From positions 9,830 to 73,829 of the forward strand of contig JAUNNT010000001.1 of the NCBI GenBank assembly GCA_030531305.1: a stretch of 64,000 nucleotides of DNA, read 5' to 3'. Below, one piece after another: positions 17,593 to 26,467 of this stretch. Numbering within the stretch: position 1 is the first letter of the stretch; each line of letters starts with the position of its first letter. The notes under the pieces are model-generated. The model was not told the origin of the DNA and did no database searches. It worked only from the letters and a program-made list of their open reading frames with translations. Source of the DNA: Akkermansia sp. (GTDB lineage: Bacteria > Verrucomicrobiota > Verrucomicrobiia > Verrucomicrobiales > Akkermansiaceae). Made by a program: the position numbers and the translations under genes.

Positions 17593-19104
17593 GTGGGCAG
17601 ACTGAAACAGGAAACCCTGAGCGGGGCGAAGTGGTCAATGATTTCCAAGTTGACCCTGCAACCCGTGCAGTTTGTTTTCGGGATGATCCTTGCGCGCCTC
17701 ATCTCCCCGGATGAAATGGGTATCCTGGGATTGACCGGGCTCTTTTTCGCCATTGCCTCCACGTTGAAGGAGGCCGGCCTCGGCGCGGCCCTCATCCGCA
17801 AGCAGGACAGAACGGAGGCAGACTGCAGCACGGTTTTCTGGTACAACATTGCCGCCAACCTGGTTGTTGTCGCTGTATTTTGGTATGCCGCCATCTGGTT
17901 CGCGGATTTCTTCCACCAGCCGGCCCTGCTGTGGATAACGCGCGTTTCCGCCGTGATGATGCTTCTCAACGCCACGGGGAGCGTTCACTGGACTCTCTAT
18001 GCCGCCCGCCGGGATTTCAAGACACCCGCCATCATCGGCCTTGCAACCACCCTGGCAGTTATGCCCATCACCATCTACCTTGCGTACATCGGCTGGAGCT
18101 ACTGGGCGGTGGTGATGCAGGGCGTGATGCAGGGCTTGCTGTCCCTTGCAGTTGTTTGGATCGTTTCCCCGTGGAAGCCCAAACTCGTCTTCTCGTGGCA
18201 GTCCTTCCGTGAATTCTTCAACTTCGGCATCAAGCTCTCCCTTTCGGGCTTGGTGTGGAACGTGTATGTGGAATCGCGCAACCTGGTGATCGGCAAGTTC
18301 TACTCTCCCGGCCAGCTTGCCCTGTATGATCGGGCAACCCGCCTTTGCCAGATGCCCATCTCCCTTTTACAGGGGCCGATCGACAGCATCATCTACCCCA
18401 TCCTCTCCACCGTCCAAGATGACCGGAAGCGTCTGGACCGCGCGTACCGGCAGTACATGCGCGTGCTGTTGTGCCCCTGCCTCTGGCTCATGGTCACCAT
18501 TGCCTGCAATGCGGAATCGCTGGTCCACCTGTTGTACGGCTCCACCTGGCTTCCCTGCGTGCCCTACCTGCGCATCCTCTGTTGCGGATTTGCATTCACC
18601 ACCGTCATCCGCGTGAACCACAACTACCTGATGGTTGTGGGAAGGACGGACCTGTTGTTGCGGCGGGAGGTCATCTTGCGCACTTTCGGAATAACTGCCA
18701 TGCTGGTCGGCGCCTATTTCAGCGTTGCCGCCGTCTGCTGGGCGTTTGTCATTGAAAATGTTATCAACCTTGTATTGACCGTCACCTATACGCTGAAGGT
18801 GTCAGACATGTCCGCCCGGCAGCAGATACGGGATTTCTACCCCTACCTCATCATGGCGGTCCTGGTGAACATCCCCGGTATGATGCTGGAGTATTGCAAC
18901 ACGCCGTACTACATTGCCGCCTTCCTGGGGCCTCTTTTGTCCGCAGTGTTGTACTTCCTCGTCCTGCAGCGCACCAGGGACGCCTCGTTCGGCATGATCA
19001 TGAACACCGTCTACCCCTCCAAGGTCTGGCAGAGGTTGGAAAGCAGGTTCCCGTTTCTCGCGCGGTACCGTGAGAAGCATCAGTTCGAGGTCGTTTTGGA
19101 TTAG
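17593..19104 (+). CDS. wzx: Polysaccharide flippase, Wzx/PST family (WzxC-like)
   Basis: Polytopic membrane protein; ILARLISPDEMG, GLGAALIR, ARRDFK, IGKFYSPGQLALY typical of WzxC-like flippases. Confidence 0.88.
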   Translation: MGRLKQETLSGAKWSMISKLTLQPVQFVFGMILARLISPDEMGILGLTGLFFAIASTLKEAGLGAALIRKQDRTEADCSTVFWYNIAANLVVVAVFWYAAIWFADFFHQPALLWITRVSAVMMLLNATGSVHWTLYAARRDFKTPAIIGLATTLAVMPITIYLAYIGWSYWAVVMQGVMQGLLSLAVVWIVSPWKPKLVFSWQSFREFFNFGIKLSLSGLVWNVYVESRNLVIGKFYSPGQLALYDRATRLCQMPISLLQGPIDSIIYPILSTVQDDRKRLDRAYRQYMRVLLCPCLWLMVTIACNAESLVHLLYGSTWLPCVPYLRILCCGFAFTTVIRVNHNYLMVVGRTDLLLRREVILRTFGITAMLVGAYFSVAAVCWAFVIENVINLVLTVTYTLKVSDMSARQQIRDFYPYLIMAVLVNIPGMMLEYCNTPYYIAAFLGPLLSAVLYFLVLQRTRDASFGMIMNTVYPSKVWQRLESRFPFLARYREKHQFEVVLD

Positions 19105-19122
19105 CCCCGCGTTTCCCTTTTT

Positions 19123-20151
19123 ATGAACGAATTGAGTGAACAGGAAATGGCAGGGCTCTTGCGCCCCTTGTCCCCCTTTTACTATTGGCCGAACTTCGGT
19201 AACCTGGGAGATTTGCTCATTGCCGAGGGAACACGGCAGTTCTTTGATAGGTACGGGCTGCAATACCGGGAATTCGACTCCCTTGGAACGGCTGCCCCGC
19301 TGGATGGGCGGCTTTCGCTTGTCGTTGCAGGGGGGGGCCGGTTCACGGCAAATTGGTGCTCGGCAGAGGCAGAGGAAGTCATGCTCTCCCCCATGGTGGA
19401 AACGGCCGTTGTCTTGCCGCACAGCATCAACGGTGTGGATGCGCTGATGGCCGGGCTGGGGCCGAATTGCCACTTGATATGCAGGGAGCAGGCTTCCTAC
19501 GACTATTGCACTTCCGTGAATACCGGCGCGCGCTGCCACCTTGCCGACGATATGGCATTTGCCTTGGATTTGGATGCGTTGGACAGCCACCCCCTGGATG
19601 TGCCGCTGGAGAAGCTCAACGAGGAGGAAAAGCGCACGCTGAGCCTGTTGAAGGACGGATTGCCGGAGGGGATGAAGGCATCGGTAAGATTCGCTTCCGT
19701 CCGTTCAACTATTCACGGGGAGGAAAAGCGCGTGGCTTTCCTTTTGCGCAATGATTCGGAAAAGGACGTTCCCTACTGCTCGCCCTTCACCTATGACATT
19801 TCTGTCGCCTGGCATACCAGCGGTCGCAAAATGCGCTACAACGCCAATATGCTCCTGGCGTTCGCGGATGCTGTCCGCCAGGCGGACGTGGTGGTTACGG
19901 ACCGCCTGCATGTGGCCATCATGTGCTGGAAAGCCGGGGTGGAGGTGTACATGCTGGACAACTCCTACCACAAGCTCAGCGGCGTGTACCGGAAGAGCCT
20001 GGGCAATGAGCCGTCCGTTCATCTGCTGGCAGACGGGCGCTTCACGCCGGAGCTGGAGCGTGCCTGGAGGCGCCTGAACTCCCCCGCACGCCTTCTGCGC
20101 TGGCGGGTGGGGAAATGGGGAAAACTTGCCAAGCGCCTGTTCAGGCGCTGA
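19123..20151 (+). CDS. Polysaccharide pyruvyl transferase family protein
   Basis: NFGNLGDLLIAEG, GGG, PHS, CREQAS, DDMAF, VVTDRLHVAI, DNSYHKL motifs. Confidence 0.85.
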   Translation: MNELSEQEMAGLLRPLSPFYYWPNFGNLGDLLIAEGTRQFFDRYGLQYREFDSLGTAAPLDGRLSLVVAGGGRFTANWCSAEAEEVMLSPMVETAVVLPHSINGVDALMAGLGPNCHLICREQASYDYCTSVNTGARCHLADDMAFALDLDALDSHPLDVPLEKLNEEEKRTLSLLKDGLPEGMKASVRFASVRSTIHGEEKRVAFLLRNDSEKDVPYCSPFTYDISVAWHTSGRKMRYNANMLLAFADAVRQADVVVTDRLHVAIMCWKAGVEVYMLDNSYHKLSGVYRKSLGNEPSVHLLADGRFTPELERAWRRLNSPARLLRWRVGKWGKLAKRLFRR

Positions 20152-20208
20152 CAGTCATAAGGGACTCCTGTACCACGTGTGTCCCAATGATTGCGCTTGT
20201 ACAACCGC

Positions 20209-20362
20209 GCTGGGCAGGCAGCCCATTCACGTGCAGGATTTCGCGGAGCTGGCCTTGCAGGAGGCGGTGAGCGGGGAGCGGCACCGCATCGTCAACGTCA
20301 CGGGCCCGGAAACCTACACCTTCCGCGAACTCTCCCGGCGCGCGCTCCTTCCGTCAAAATAG
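20209..20362 (+). pseudogene. C-terminal remnant of an NAD-dependent epimerase/NDUFA9-like SDR gene
   Basis: Fragment QPIHVQDFAELALQEAVSGERHRIVNVTGPETYTFREL resembles the QPIHV.D.A...GPE..T..EL tail of extended SDRs. No Rossmann N-terminus is present upstream. Confidence 0.65.
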
Positions 20363-20367
20363 GCTGT

Positions 20368-22179
20368 CTACCTGCGGCGTCTCCGCATGCTGAGGGCGGC
20401 AAGGGCAAGCAGGCCCAGCGTGCCCGTGGCGGGCTCCGGTGTCTGTGCCGTGGCGTGGAACTCAAGTTTGCCTCCCGCCGCGAGCTTCAACTCGGTGTCG
20501 TAGCCCTTCATGCCCAGCCGCACGCTGTCGACGGGGAGAATGTTCACCTGATCCCCGAAATCCAGCTGCACGGCGGCATCCTGCAGATTGAACTCCAAAT
20601 CCGTGGCGTCAAGGTACACGTCGCCCAGCAGCAAATCGCAGTGGAACATGCCCGTGAGGTCGAAGTAGTAGACGTCTGCCAGCAGCTGGTAGGTGGCATC
20701 GGAAAGGTCGATGGTCACGTCGTTCCACAGCGTGATGGTTCCGTTCTTTGCAGTGGTCGTGAACGAGTTGTCCGCACCGATGGTGAGATACCTGAATCCG
20801 ATATCCTGCGCGGCGGTGAAATCGATGTCGTCGATGCGGCTCCTCTCGGCGGATTCGCCCATGAACCAGCTGTAGCCTTGGATTTGCACGTTGTGCAGGG
20901 TGGCTTGTCCCGCCTCGCCAAGCACGGCGAGTGAGGCCTTTTTCTCCCAAACGGGTTCCTCGTCGACAACCTCGCTCCCCAGGCTGATGGAGCCGCCCTT
21001 CAGCAGCTTCAAATCGCCGCCGCCCTGTATGTCCAGCGAGCCGGTTTCCAGCTTGCCCTCCACGGTGAGCGCGTGGGTGTTCACCAGCACGCTTTTCAGA
21101 CGTCCGCCGTTGGAGAGCAGGGTGGAGTCTCCCCATGCCTGCATGGTGTTGTTTGCCCGGTGTCCCGCCAGGTCCAGCGTGCCGGCGTTCATGATGATGT
21201 CGCCGCCGTCGTAGTCGCCGAAGGCGTTGTCGGCGGCGGCGCGGAGGGTGCCGCCGTTCACCACGGTGTCGCCATGGTAGGAGTTGTAGGTGTTGGTTCC
21301 GTCGAAGTATCCGATGGTGAGCGTTTCGTTGCCCTCCTTGGTGAACCCGCCGTTGCCCTCAATTTTGTTGGTGAGCGCGCCGTTGAGGATGGAGGCGGTG
21401 TTGTCGCCGGCCAGCTCAACCCTGGAGGCGCAGGAGAAGCCGCCCAAATCCAGCGTGCCGCCCTCCAGTTTCAAATCGTTGTTGTTGGCTGCGAATACCT
21501 TGTCGTTTCCCGCCACAAGCGTTCCCTGCTGCAGCGTGATGTGACTCACGCTGTTGCTTTCCGCCAGTGTGAGCGTGCCGTCCGACACCTTCACCAGTGT
21601 GCCTTGCCCGCTGATGGAACCAACGGTGGCGGCGTCAATCTGCGCCTCCGCCCGCTCATCCACGCTGATGCTTCCCAGCGTTCGCCCGTGCACCAGCAGG
21701 GTGGCGCTGTCCGTGAATTGGATATTCTGCCCGCTGAATCCGGCCACGTAATCCGCCACCTCCAGCGTGCCGCCGCCAAGGTTCACAGTGCCTTCCACAT
21801 GGGTGTTCGGCGTTTGGATGGTGAGCGTGCCGCTGCCGCCCTTGTTCAGGTTGCCGTGGATGTGCAGGTTGGCGAAGTCGTACGCCGCCGAGAACGTGTA
21901 GTCCCCGCTTCCGTACACGGTGATGTCGTATGCGTGGATATCCTTCACATCTCCCGCAGGCGACAGTACAATCTCCCCCGCGCCGTTGCCGCTGAACTCC
22001 GCGTAGTCGTATTGCTGGAAAACCGTTGCTTCCAGGGTGCTCCCCCCCGTATTCCAGTTGGCGGTTTTGCCGACATCCCAGACGCCGTTCCCCGCGGCGT
22101 TGTCCCAGACGACGGTGCTTGCGGCGGCGTGGCCGCAGCAGGCGGCCAGCAGCAGGACGAGTGTGCGTGCAATTCTCAT
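20368..22179 (-). CDS. PEP-CTERM surface protein with autotransporter-associated beta-strand repeats
   Basis: Signal peptide MRIARTLVLLLAACCGHAAA; three K.G.GTL.L...N...GGTL repeats; C-terminal PEPATGTLGLLALAALSMRRRRR. Confidence 0.9.
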   Translation of the reverse strand: MRIARTLVLLLAACCGHAAASTVVWDNAAGNGVWDVGKTANWNTGGSTLEATVFQQYDYAEFSGNGAGEIVLSPAGDVKDIHAYDITVYGSGDYTFSAAYDFANLHIHGNLNKGGSGTLTIQTPNTHVEGTVNLGGGTLEVADYVAGFSGQNIQFTDSATLLVHGRTLGSISVDERAEAQIDAATVGSISGQGTLVKVSDGTLTLAESNSVSHITLQQGTLVAGNDKVFAANNNDLKLEGGTLDLGGFSCASRVELAGDNTASILNGALTNKIEGNGGFTKEGNETLTIGYFDGTNTYNSYHGDTVVNGGTLRAAADNAFGDYDGGDIIMNAGTLDLAGHRANNTMQAWGDSTLLSNGGRLKSVLVNTHALTVEGKLETGSLDIQGGGDLKLLKGGSISLGSEVVDEEPVWEKKASLAVLGEAGQATLHNVQIQGYSWFMGESAERSRIDDIDFTAAQDIGFRYLTIGADNSFTTTAKNGTITLWNDVTIDLSDATYQLLADVYYFDLTGMFHCDLLLGDVYLDATDLEFNLQDAAVQLDFGDQVNILPVDSVRLGMKGYDTELKLAAGGKLEFHATAQTPEPATGTLGLLALAALSMRRRRR

Positions 22180-22225
22180 GCCCCCATTGTGGCATGAAAA
22201 GCGGCGCGCGTCAAGGCGTTGGGAA

Positions 22226-23359
22226 TCAATACACGTCCTTGCGGTACTGTTTGGCGTCGCGCATGGCGGCCAGGTATCCCACGGCCTCCTCCGGGGAGTG
22301 GTTGCCCTGGGAGGAGATGATGCCGAGCAGGGCGGCCTCCACGTCCTTGGCCATGCGCATGGCGTCTCCGCACACGTAGAACACGGCGCCGGCGCGCAGC
22401 CACTTCCAGATGTCCGCGGCGTTCTGCTCCATGAGGTGCTGCACGTAGACCTTGTGATCCTGGTCGCGGCTCCATGCGGCGGAGTAGCGCATCTTGCCGG
22501 CGGCCACCAGCTCGTTGATTTCGTCCTCGTAGCAGGCATCCGTGGCCTGGTGGGGATTGCCGAAGAAGAACCACATGCCGCCTTCCGCCTTGTCGATTGT
22601 GCGCTGCTGCCAGAACGCGCGGAACGGCGCAATCCCCGCGCCCGGCCCCACCATGATGACCGGCGTGGTCGGGTCGTCCGGCAGGCGGAATCCCGGCTTG
22701 GGCTGCACGAACACTCGCACTTTGTCGCCGGGCTTCACGCGGTCCGCCAGGTAGGTGGAGCACACGCCGCCGCGCGGGCGGTCGCTGTGCTTGGGGGTGT
22801 AGCGCACGGCGCCGACGCAGAGGGAGACCTGCCCCGGCACGGCGTCCGGGCTGCTGGCGATGGAGTAGAGGCGCGGGGCGAGCTTGCCGAGGCAGCCCAC
22901 AAACTGGGAGGCGTCCGCAAAGCGGGCAGTGGTCTCCGGGTCCTCCGCCAGGTCCAGCACATCGCGGCCGTGGGCGAAGTTGCGCAGCAGCTCGGAGTCC
23001 TCGATGAGCGCGTCCAGCTTGGCGCTCTTGGCCACGGCGTTCCACTTGCTCAGCACGCCCTTCTTGATGGTGGTGATGTCGTACGCGGTGACGAGGGCCT
23101 CCCGCAGGGACGCCACGGCGCCGCCGGGCAGCGCCACGCTCTCATCCGCGTTCAGGCCCAGGCGGGCGATGAGCGCATCCACCAGCCCGGGGTCGTTCAT
23201 CGGCTGCACGCCCAGAACATCGCCCGCCGAGTACTCCAGCCCGGAGCCCTCCAGGGAGAAATCGATCTGGTTGGTTTCCTTGATGCTGCCGGGCTTGGTG
23301 ACGGGATGCACGGCCACCACGGTGGCGGGGAAAGGATTCTTGAGGCTGTACTGTTCCAT
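22226..23359 (-). CDS. CysJ-like FAD/NADPH oxidoreductase module lacking the flavodoxin domain
   Basis: RLYSIASS, GVCSTYL, MVGPGAGIAPFRAF, FFG, SRD...KVYVQ, YVCGDA..MAKDV, Y.KDVY. No N-terminal FMN domain. Confidence 0.85.
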   Translation of the reverse strand: MEQYSLKNPFPATVVAVHPVTKPGSIKETNQIDFSLEGSGLEYSAGDVLGVQPMNDPGLVDALIARLGLNADESVALPGGAVASLREALVTAYDITTIKKGVLSKWNAVAKSAKLDALIEDSELLRNFAHGRDVLDLAEDPETTARFADASQFVGCLGKLAPRLYSIASSPDAVPGQVSLCVGAVRYTPKHSDRPRGGVCSTYLADRVKPGDKVRVFVQPKPGFRLPDDPTTPVIMVGPGAGIAPFRAFWQQRTIDKAEGGMWFFFGNPHQATDACYEDEINELVAAGKMRYSAAWSRDQDHKVYVQHLMEQNAADIWKWLRAGAVFYVCGDAMRMAKDVEAALLGIISSQGNHSPEEAVGYLAAMRDAKQYRKDVY

Positions 23360-23509
23360 GGCTGTTATAGAATTGAGGCGGCGCATTGTACTCGCCTCCC
23401 TCCCGCCATGTCAAGCCAATAACATAGCATTGCGGCAAATCTTACGCCATCATGCCGCGCATCGATGGCGCGGCATGTGGGTACAGCGTCAATCCCGGGG
23501 AATCGACGG

Positions 23510-23947
23510 TTAGTGGATGATGGGCGCCAGGGCCTGCAGCAGGGCGTCCGACCCGTAGCATTCCTTGGTCACCACCGCCACCAGAGCGGTGCGGAGCTCC
23601 GCCATGGCCGGCTTGGCCTGCTCCGAGAACAGCGCGCGCTGCGCCGCAGCCGCATCCGGAGCGAGCTGCGGCAGGTTCTTGGATGCCTGCATCAGCTCCT
23701 TGTTGTGCGCCACCAGCTCCGCCACCTTGGGCGCGGCGGCATCCGCCGTGGCGGTGTCGTTGATTCCCTTCAGCGTTTCCGTGAGGTTGTTCACGTTGGC
23801 AATGAGCTCCTTCACGAACGCGGCGTGCTGCGCTTCCGGCGTGGCGGCCTCCGCCGCGGGCGCGGCGGGTGTCTGCTCGGCGGATTCCTGGGCAATGGTC
23901 GGCATGCCAAGCAGCATGCCCGCGGTAATAATGGATGCAATCTTCAT
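23510..23947 (-). CDS. Small secreted Ala-rich helical hypothetical protein
   Basis: Signal peptide MKIASIITAGMLLGMPTIA; host-like codon usage; own promoter upstream. Confidence 0.75.
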   Translation of the reverse strand: MKIASIITAGMLLGMPTIAQESAEQTPAAPAAEAATPEAQHAAFVKELIANVNNLTETLKGINDTATADAAAPKVAELVAHNKELMQASKNLPQLAPDAAAAQRALFSEQAKPAMAELRTALVAVVTKECYGSDALLQALAPIIH

Positions 23948-24046
23948 GATAATGATTCCAATTTCGTTGCCCCTATTCTGAACCTCCCTCCCTAGGTAGT
24001 CAAGAAGGAAAAATGCCGTTTTCGGTAGCGGGAATTCGCCCGTGCC

Positions 24047-25021
24047 TTACAGAATCAGCATGCAGTCCCCGTAGGAGAAGAAGCGGTAGCGCATCTCCAC
24101 CGCCTGGCGGTACGCCTCCATGATGAGATCCTTGCCCGCGAACGCGCACACCAGCATGATGAGCGTGCTCTGCGGCAGGTGGAAGTTGGTGAGCAGGGCA
24201 TCCGTCACCTTGTACTCGAATCCGGGGTAGATGAAGATGTTGGTTTCTCCCGGCCCGGCGGGCAGCGGCCGCCCGTGGCGCGCGGCGAGGGTTTCCATCA
24301 CGCGCACGCTGGTGGTGCCCACGGCGATGACGCGCTTGGCGGCCTCGATGGCGTCCGAGGTTTCCTGGGGCATGTAGAAGACCTCCGTGTGCATGCGGTG
24401 CTCCTCCACGTTGTCCACCTTGACGGGGCGGAAGGTGCCCACGCCCACGTGGAGGGTGACGAAGCTGTGGGGCACGGCGGCCAGGATTTCCGGGGTGAAG
24501 TGCAGGCCGGCGGTGGGGGCGGCGATGGCGCCTTCGTGCGCGGCGTAGACGGTCTGGTAGCGCTCCTTGTCGTCGGGGTCGCTCTCGCGGTTCATGTAGT
24601 GGGGCAGGGCGAGGCGGCCGTACTCGTCGCCCACCTGCTTGTCCCAGTGGATGTAGCGGTAGCCCTCCTCGTTGATGAGCTCCACACGGCCGGTGGCGTC
24701 GCCCACCTGCACGGTGGCGCCGAGGCGCATCTTCTTGCCGGGGCGCACCAGGCACTTCCACACCAGCTCGTCCGAGATGCCGGCGCGCACCAGCTCGATC
24801 TTGCCGTCGTTGCTGAAATAGCGTGCGGGCACCACGCGCGTGTCGTTCATCACGAAATGGTCGCCCGGCTGCACGTACTCCAGGATGTCGGAGAAGTGGC
24901 GGTGCTCGATGAGCCCGGAATCGCGATGGACCACCAGCATGCGGGAGTCCGCGCGGTTCGGCAGCGGGCGCGAGGCGATGAGCTCCTGCGGCAGCGGGTA
25001 ATCGAAATCAACGGTGCGCAT
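24047..25021 (-). CDS. queA: S-adenosylmethionine:tRNA ribosyltransferase-isomerase
   Basis: FDYPLPQELIA, NDTRVVPAR, RYQTVYA, AAPTAGLHFT, TLHVGVGTF, VGTTSVR, TNFHLPQSTL, YRFFSYGD. Confidence 0.96.
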   Translation of the reverse strand: MRTVDFDYPLPQELIASRPLPNRADSRMLVVHRDSGLIEHRHFSDILEYVQPGDHFVMNDTRVVPARYFSNDGKIELVRAGISDELVWKCLVRPGKKMRLGATVQVGDATGRVELINEEGYRYIHWDKQVGDEYGRLALPHYMNRESDPDDKERYQTVYAAHEGAIAAPTAGLHFTPEILAAVPHSFVTLHVGVGTFRPVKVDNVEEHRMHTEVFYMPQETSDAIEAAKRVIAVGTTSVRVMETLAARHGRPLPAGPGETNIFIYPGFEYKVTDALLTNFHLPQSTLIMLVCAFAGKDLIMEAYRQAVEMRYRFFSYGDCMLIL

Positions 25022-25033
25022 GGTGCGGTGCGG

Positions 25034-26389
25034 TTAGCGCGGGAAAACCTGGATGCGGCGCAGCACCTCGTCCCGCCCGAGCACCTGCATGATGGTGTCG
25101 ATGCCGGGACCGGCGTGCGTGCCGGTGAGCGCGATACGCAGAGGGAACATCATGGCGCCCACCTTGAGCCCGCGCTCCTTGGTCATGGGCTTCACCAGCT
25201 GCATGGCGGCCTCGCCGTTCCACTCCGGCAGCGCGGCGGCGGTCTCCGCAAAGAGGTCGAGCATCTCGCGCGCGTTGTCCTGCAGCTTCTGCATGGGCTC
25301 GTCCTCGTACTCCAGCACCTGCACCCACTTCACCCACGCGGGCACCTCGCTGAGCAGCTGCACCTTCGTCTGCACGCTGGGGATGGCCTCGCGCAGCTGC
25401 GGGGTGTCCTGCAGACCCGCCTGCACGCAGAAGGGCATGGCCAGCTCGGTGAATTTGGCGGGGTCCAGGCGCATGATGTGCTGCTGGTTCATCCAGCGGC
25501 ACTTGGTGATGTCGAACTTGGCGGCGTGGCGGTTCACGTTCTCCATGGAGAACGCCTCGATAAGCTGCTCCTTGGTGAACACCTCGTCCTCCGTCTTGGG
25601 ACTCCAGCCCAGCAGGGCGATGAAGTTGATGACTGCATCTGGCAGGAAGCCGTCCGCCGGGTAGTTGCCCAGCTGCGCCCCCACGTCGCGCTTGCTCATC
25701 TTGGAGCCGTCCGGGTTCTGGATGAGCGGGATGTGCGCGTACACCGGCGGCTCCACGCCGAAGGCGTCGAACAGCTGCAGGTGCTTGAAGGTGTTCATCA
25801 CGTGGTCCTCGCCGCGGATGACGTGGGTGATTTTCATCTCGATGTCGTCCACCACGTTCACCAGGTGGAAGATGTACGAGCCGTCCGTGCGCTTCACCAC
25901 CATGTCCGGCGTGTTCTCCACGTTGTTGTAGTCCACGGAGATGTCGCCGCACACCAGGTCGTGCAGGGTCATCACACCCTCGCGCTTGAAGCGGAAGCGC
26001 CACACCGTGCCCTCGCTCGTGCCGGGGATTTCGTCGCCGTTCTTGTCGCGCTTGTTGGGGGCGGGGCACTCGTACACGCGCCCCATGTCCACCAGCTTCT
26101 GGAAGTAGCGGTCGTAGATCTCGCCGCGCTGGCTCTGGTAGTACGGCACGTACGGGCCGCCCTTGCCCTCGCCCTCGTCCCAGTCCAGCCCCAGCCAGCT
26201 CAGCCCGGTGAAAATGGCCTTCATGGCGTCCTCCACATGGCGTTCCTGGTCCGTGTCCTCGATGCGCAGCACAAACGTGCCGCCCATCTTGCGGGCGAAC
26301 AGGTAGTTGAACAATGCGGTGCGGGCCCCGCCAATGTGGAGGTACCCGGTGGGAGACGGAGCAAAGCGCGTGCGTACGGACGTGTTCAT
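25034..26389 (-). CDS. gltX: Glutamate--tRNA ligase
   Basis: RTRFAPSPTGYLHIGG, LRIEDTD, VVDD..M.ITHVIRGEDH, KMSKR. Confidence 0.96.
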   Translation of the reverse strand: MNTSVRTRFAPSPTGYLHIGGARTALFNYLFARKMGGTFVLRIEDTDQERHVEDAMKAIFTGLSWLGLDWDEGEGKGGPYVPYYQSQRGEIYDRYFQKLVDMGRVYECPAPNKRDKNGDEIPGTSEGTVWRFRFKREGVMTLHDLVCGDISVDYNNVENTPDMVVKRTDGSYIFHLVNVVDDIEMKITHVIRGEDHVMNTFKHLQLFDAFGVEPPVYAHIPLIQNPDGSKMSKRDVGAQLGNYPADGFLPDAVINFIALLGWSPKTEDEVFTKEQLIEAFSMENVNRHAAKFDITKCRWMNQQHIMRLDPAKFTELAMPFCVQAGLQDTPQLREAIPSVQTKVQLLSEVPAWVKWVQVLEYEDEPMQKLQDNAREMLDLFAETAAALPEWNGEAAMQLVKPMTKERGLKVGAMMFPLRIALTGTHAGPGIDTIMQVLGRDEVLRRIQVFPR

Positions 26390-26467
26390 GCGCGCCCTTA
26401 TACACCCGCGGGACCGATTGTTCAAGCGCAAAATCTATCGGCGGAGTTGCTGTTGTGCGCCCGCGCG

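Noticed and set aside
20368-22632. Long N-terminal extensions in the ORF track (PEP-CTERM protein, hemB, oppC, pilin, flavodoxin, DUF805)
   Set aside because: The extensions overlap neighbouring genes or promoters; downstream ATGs fit signal peptides and promoter spacing better.
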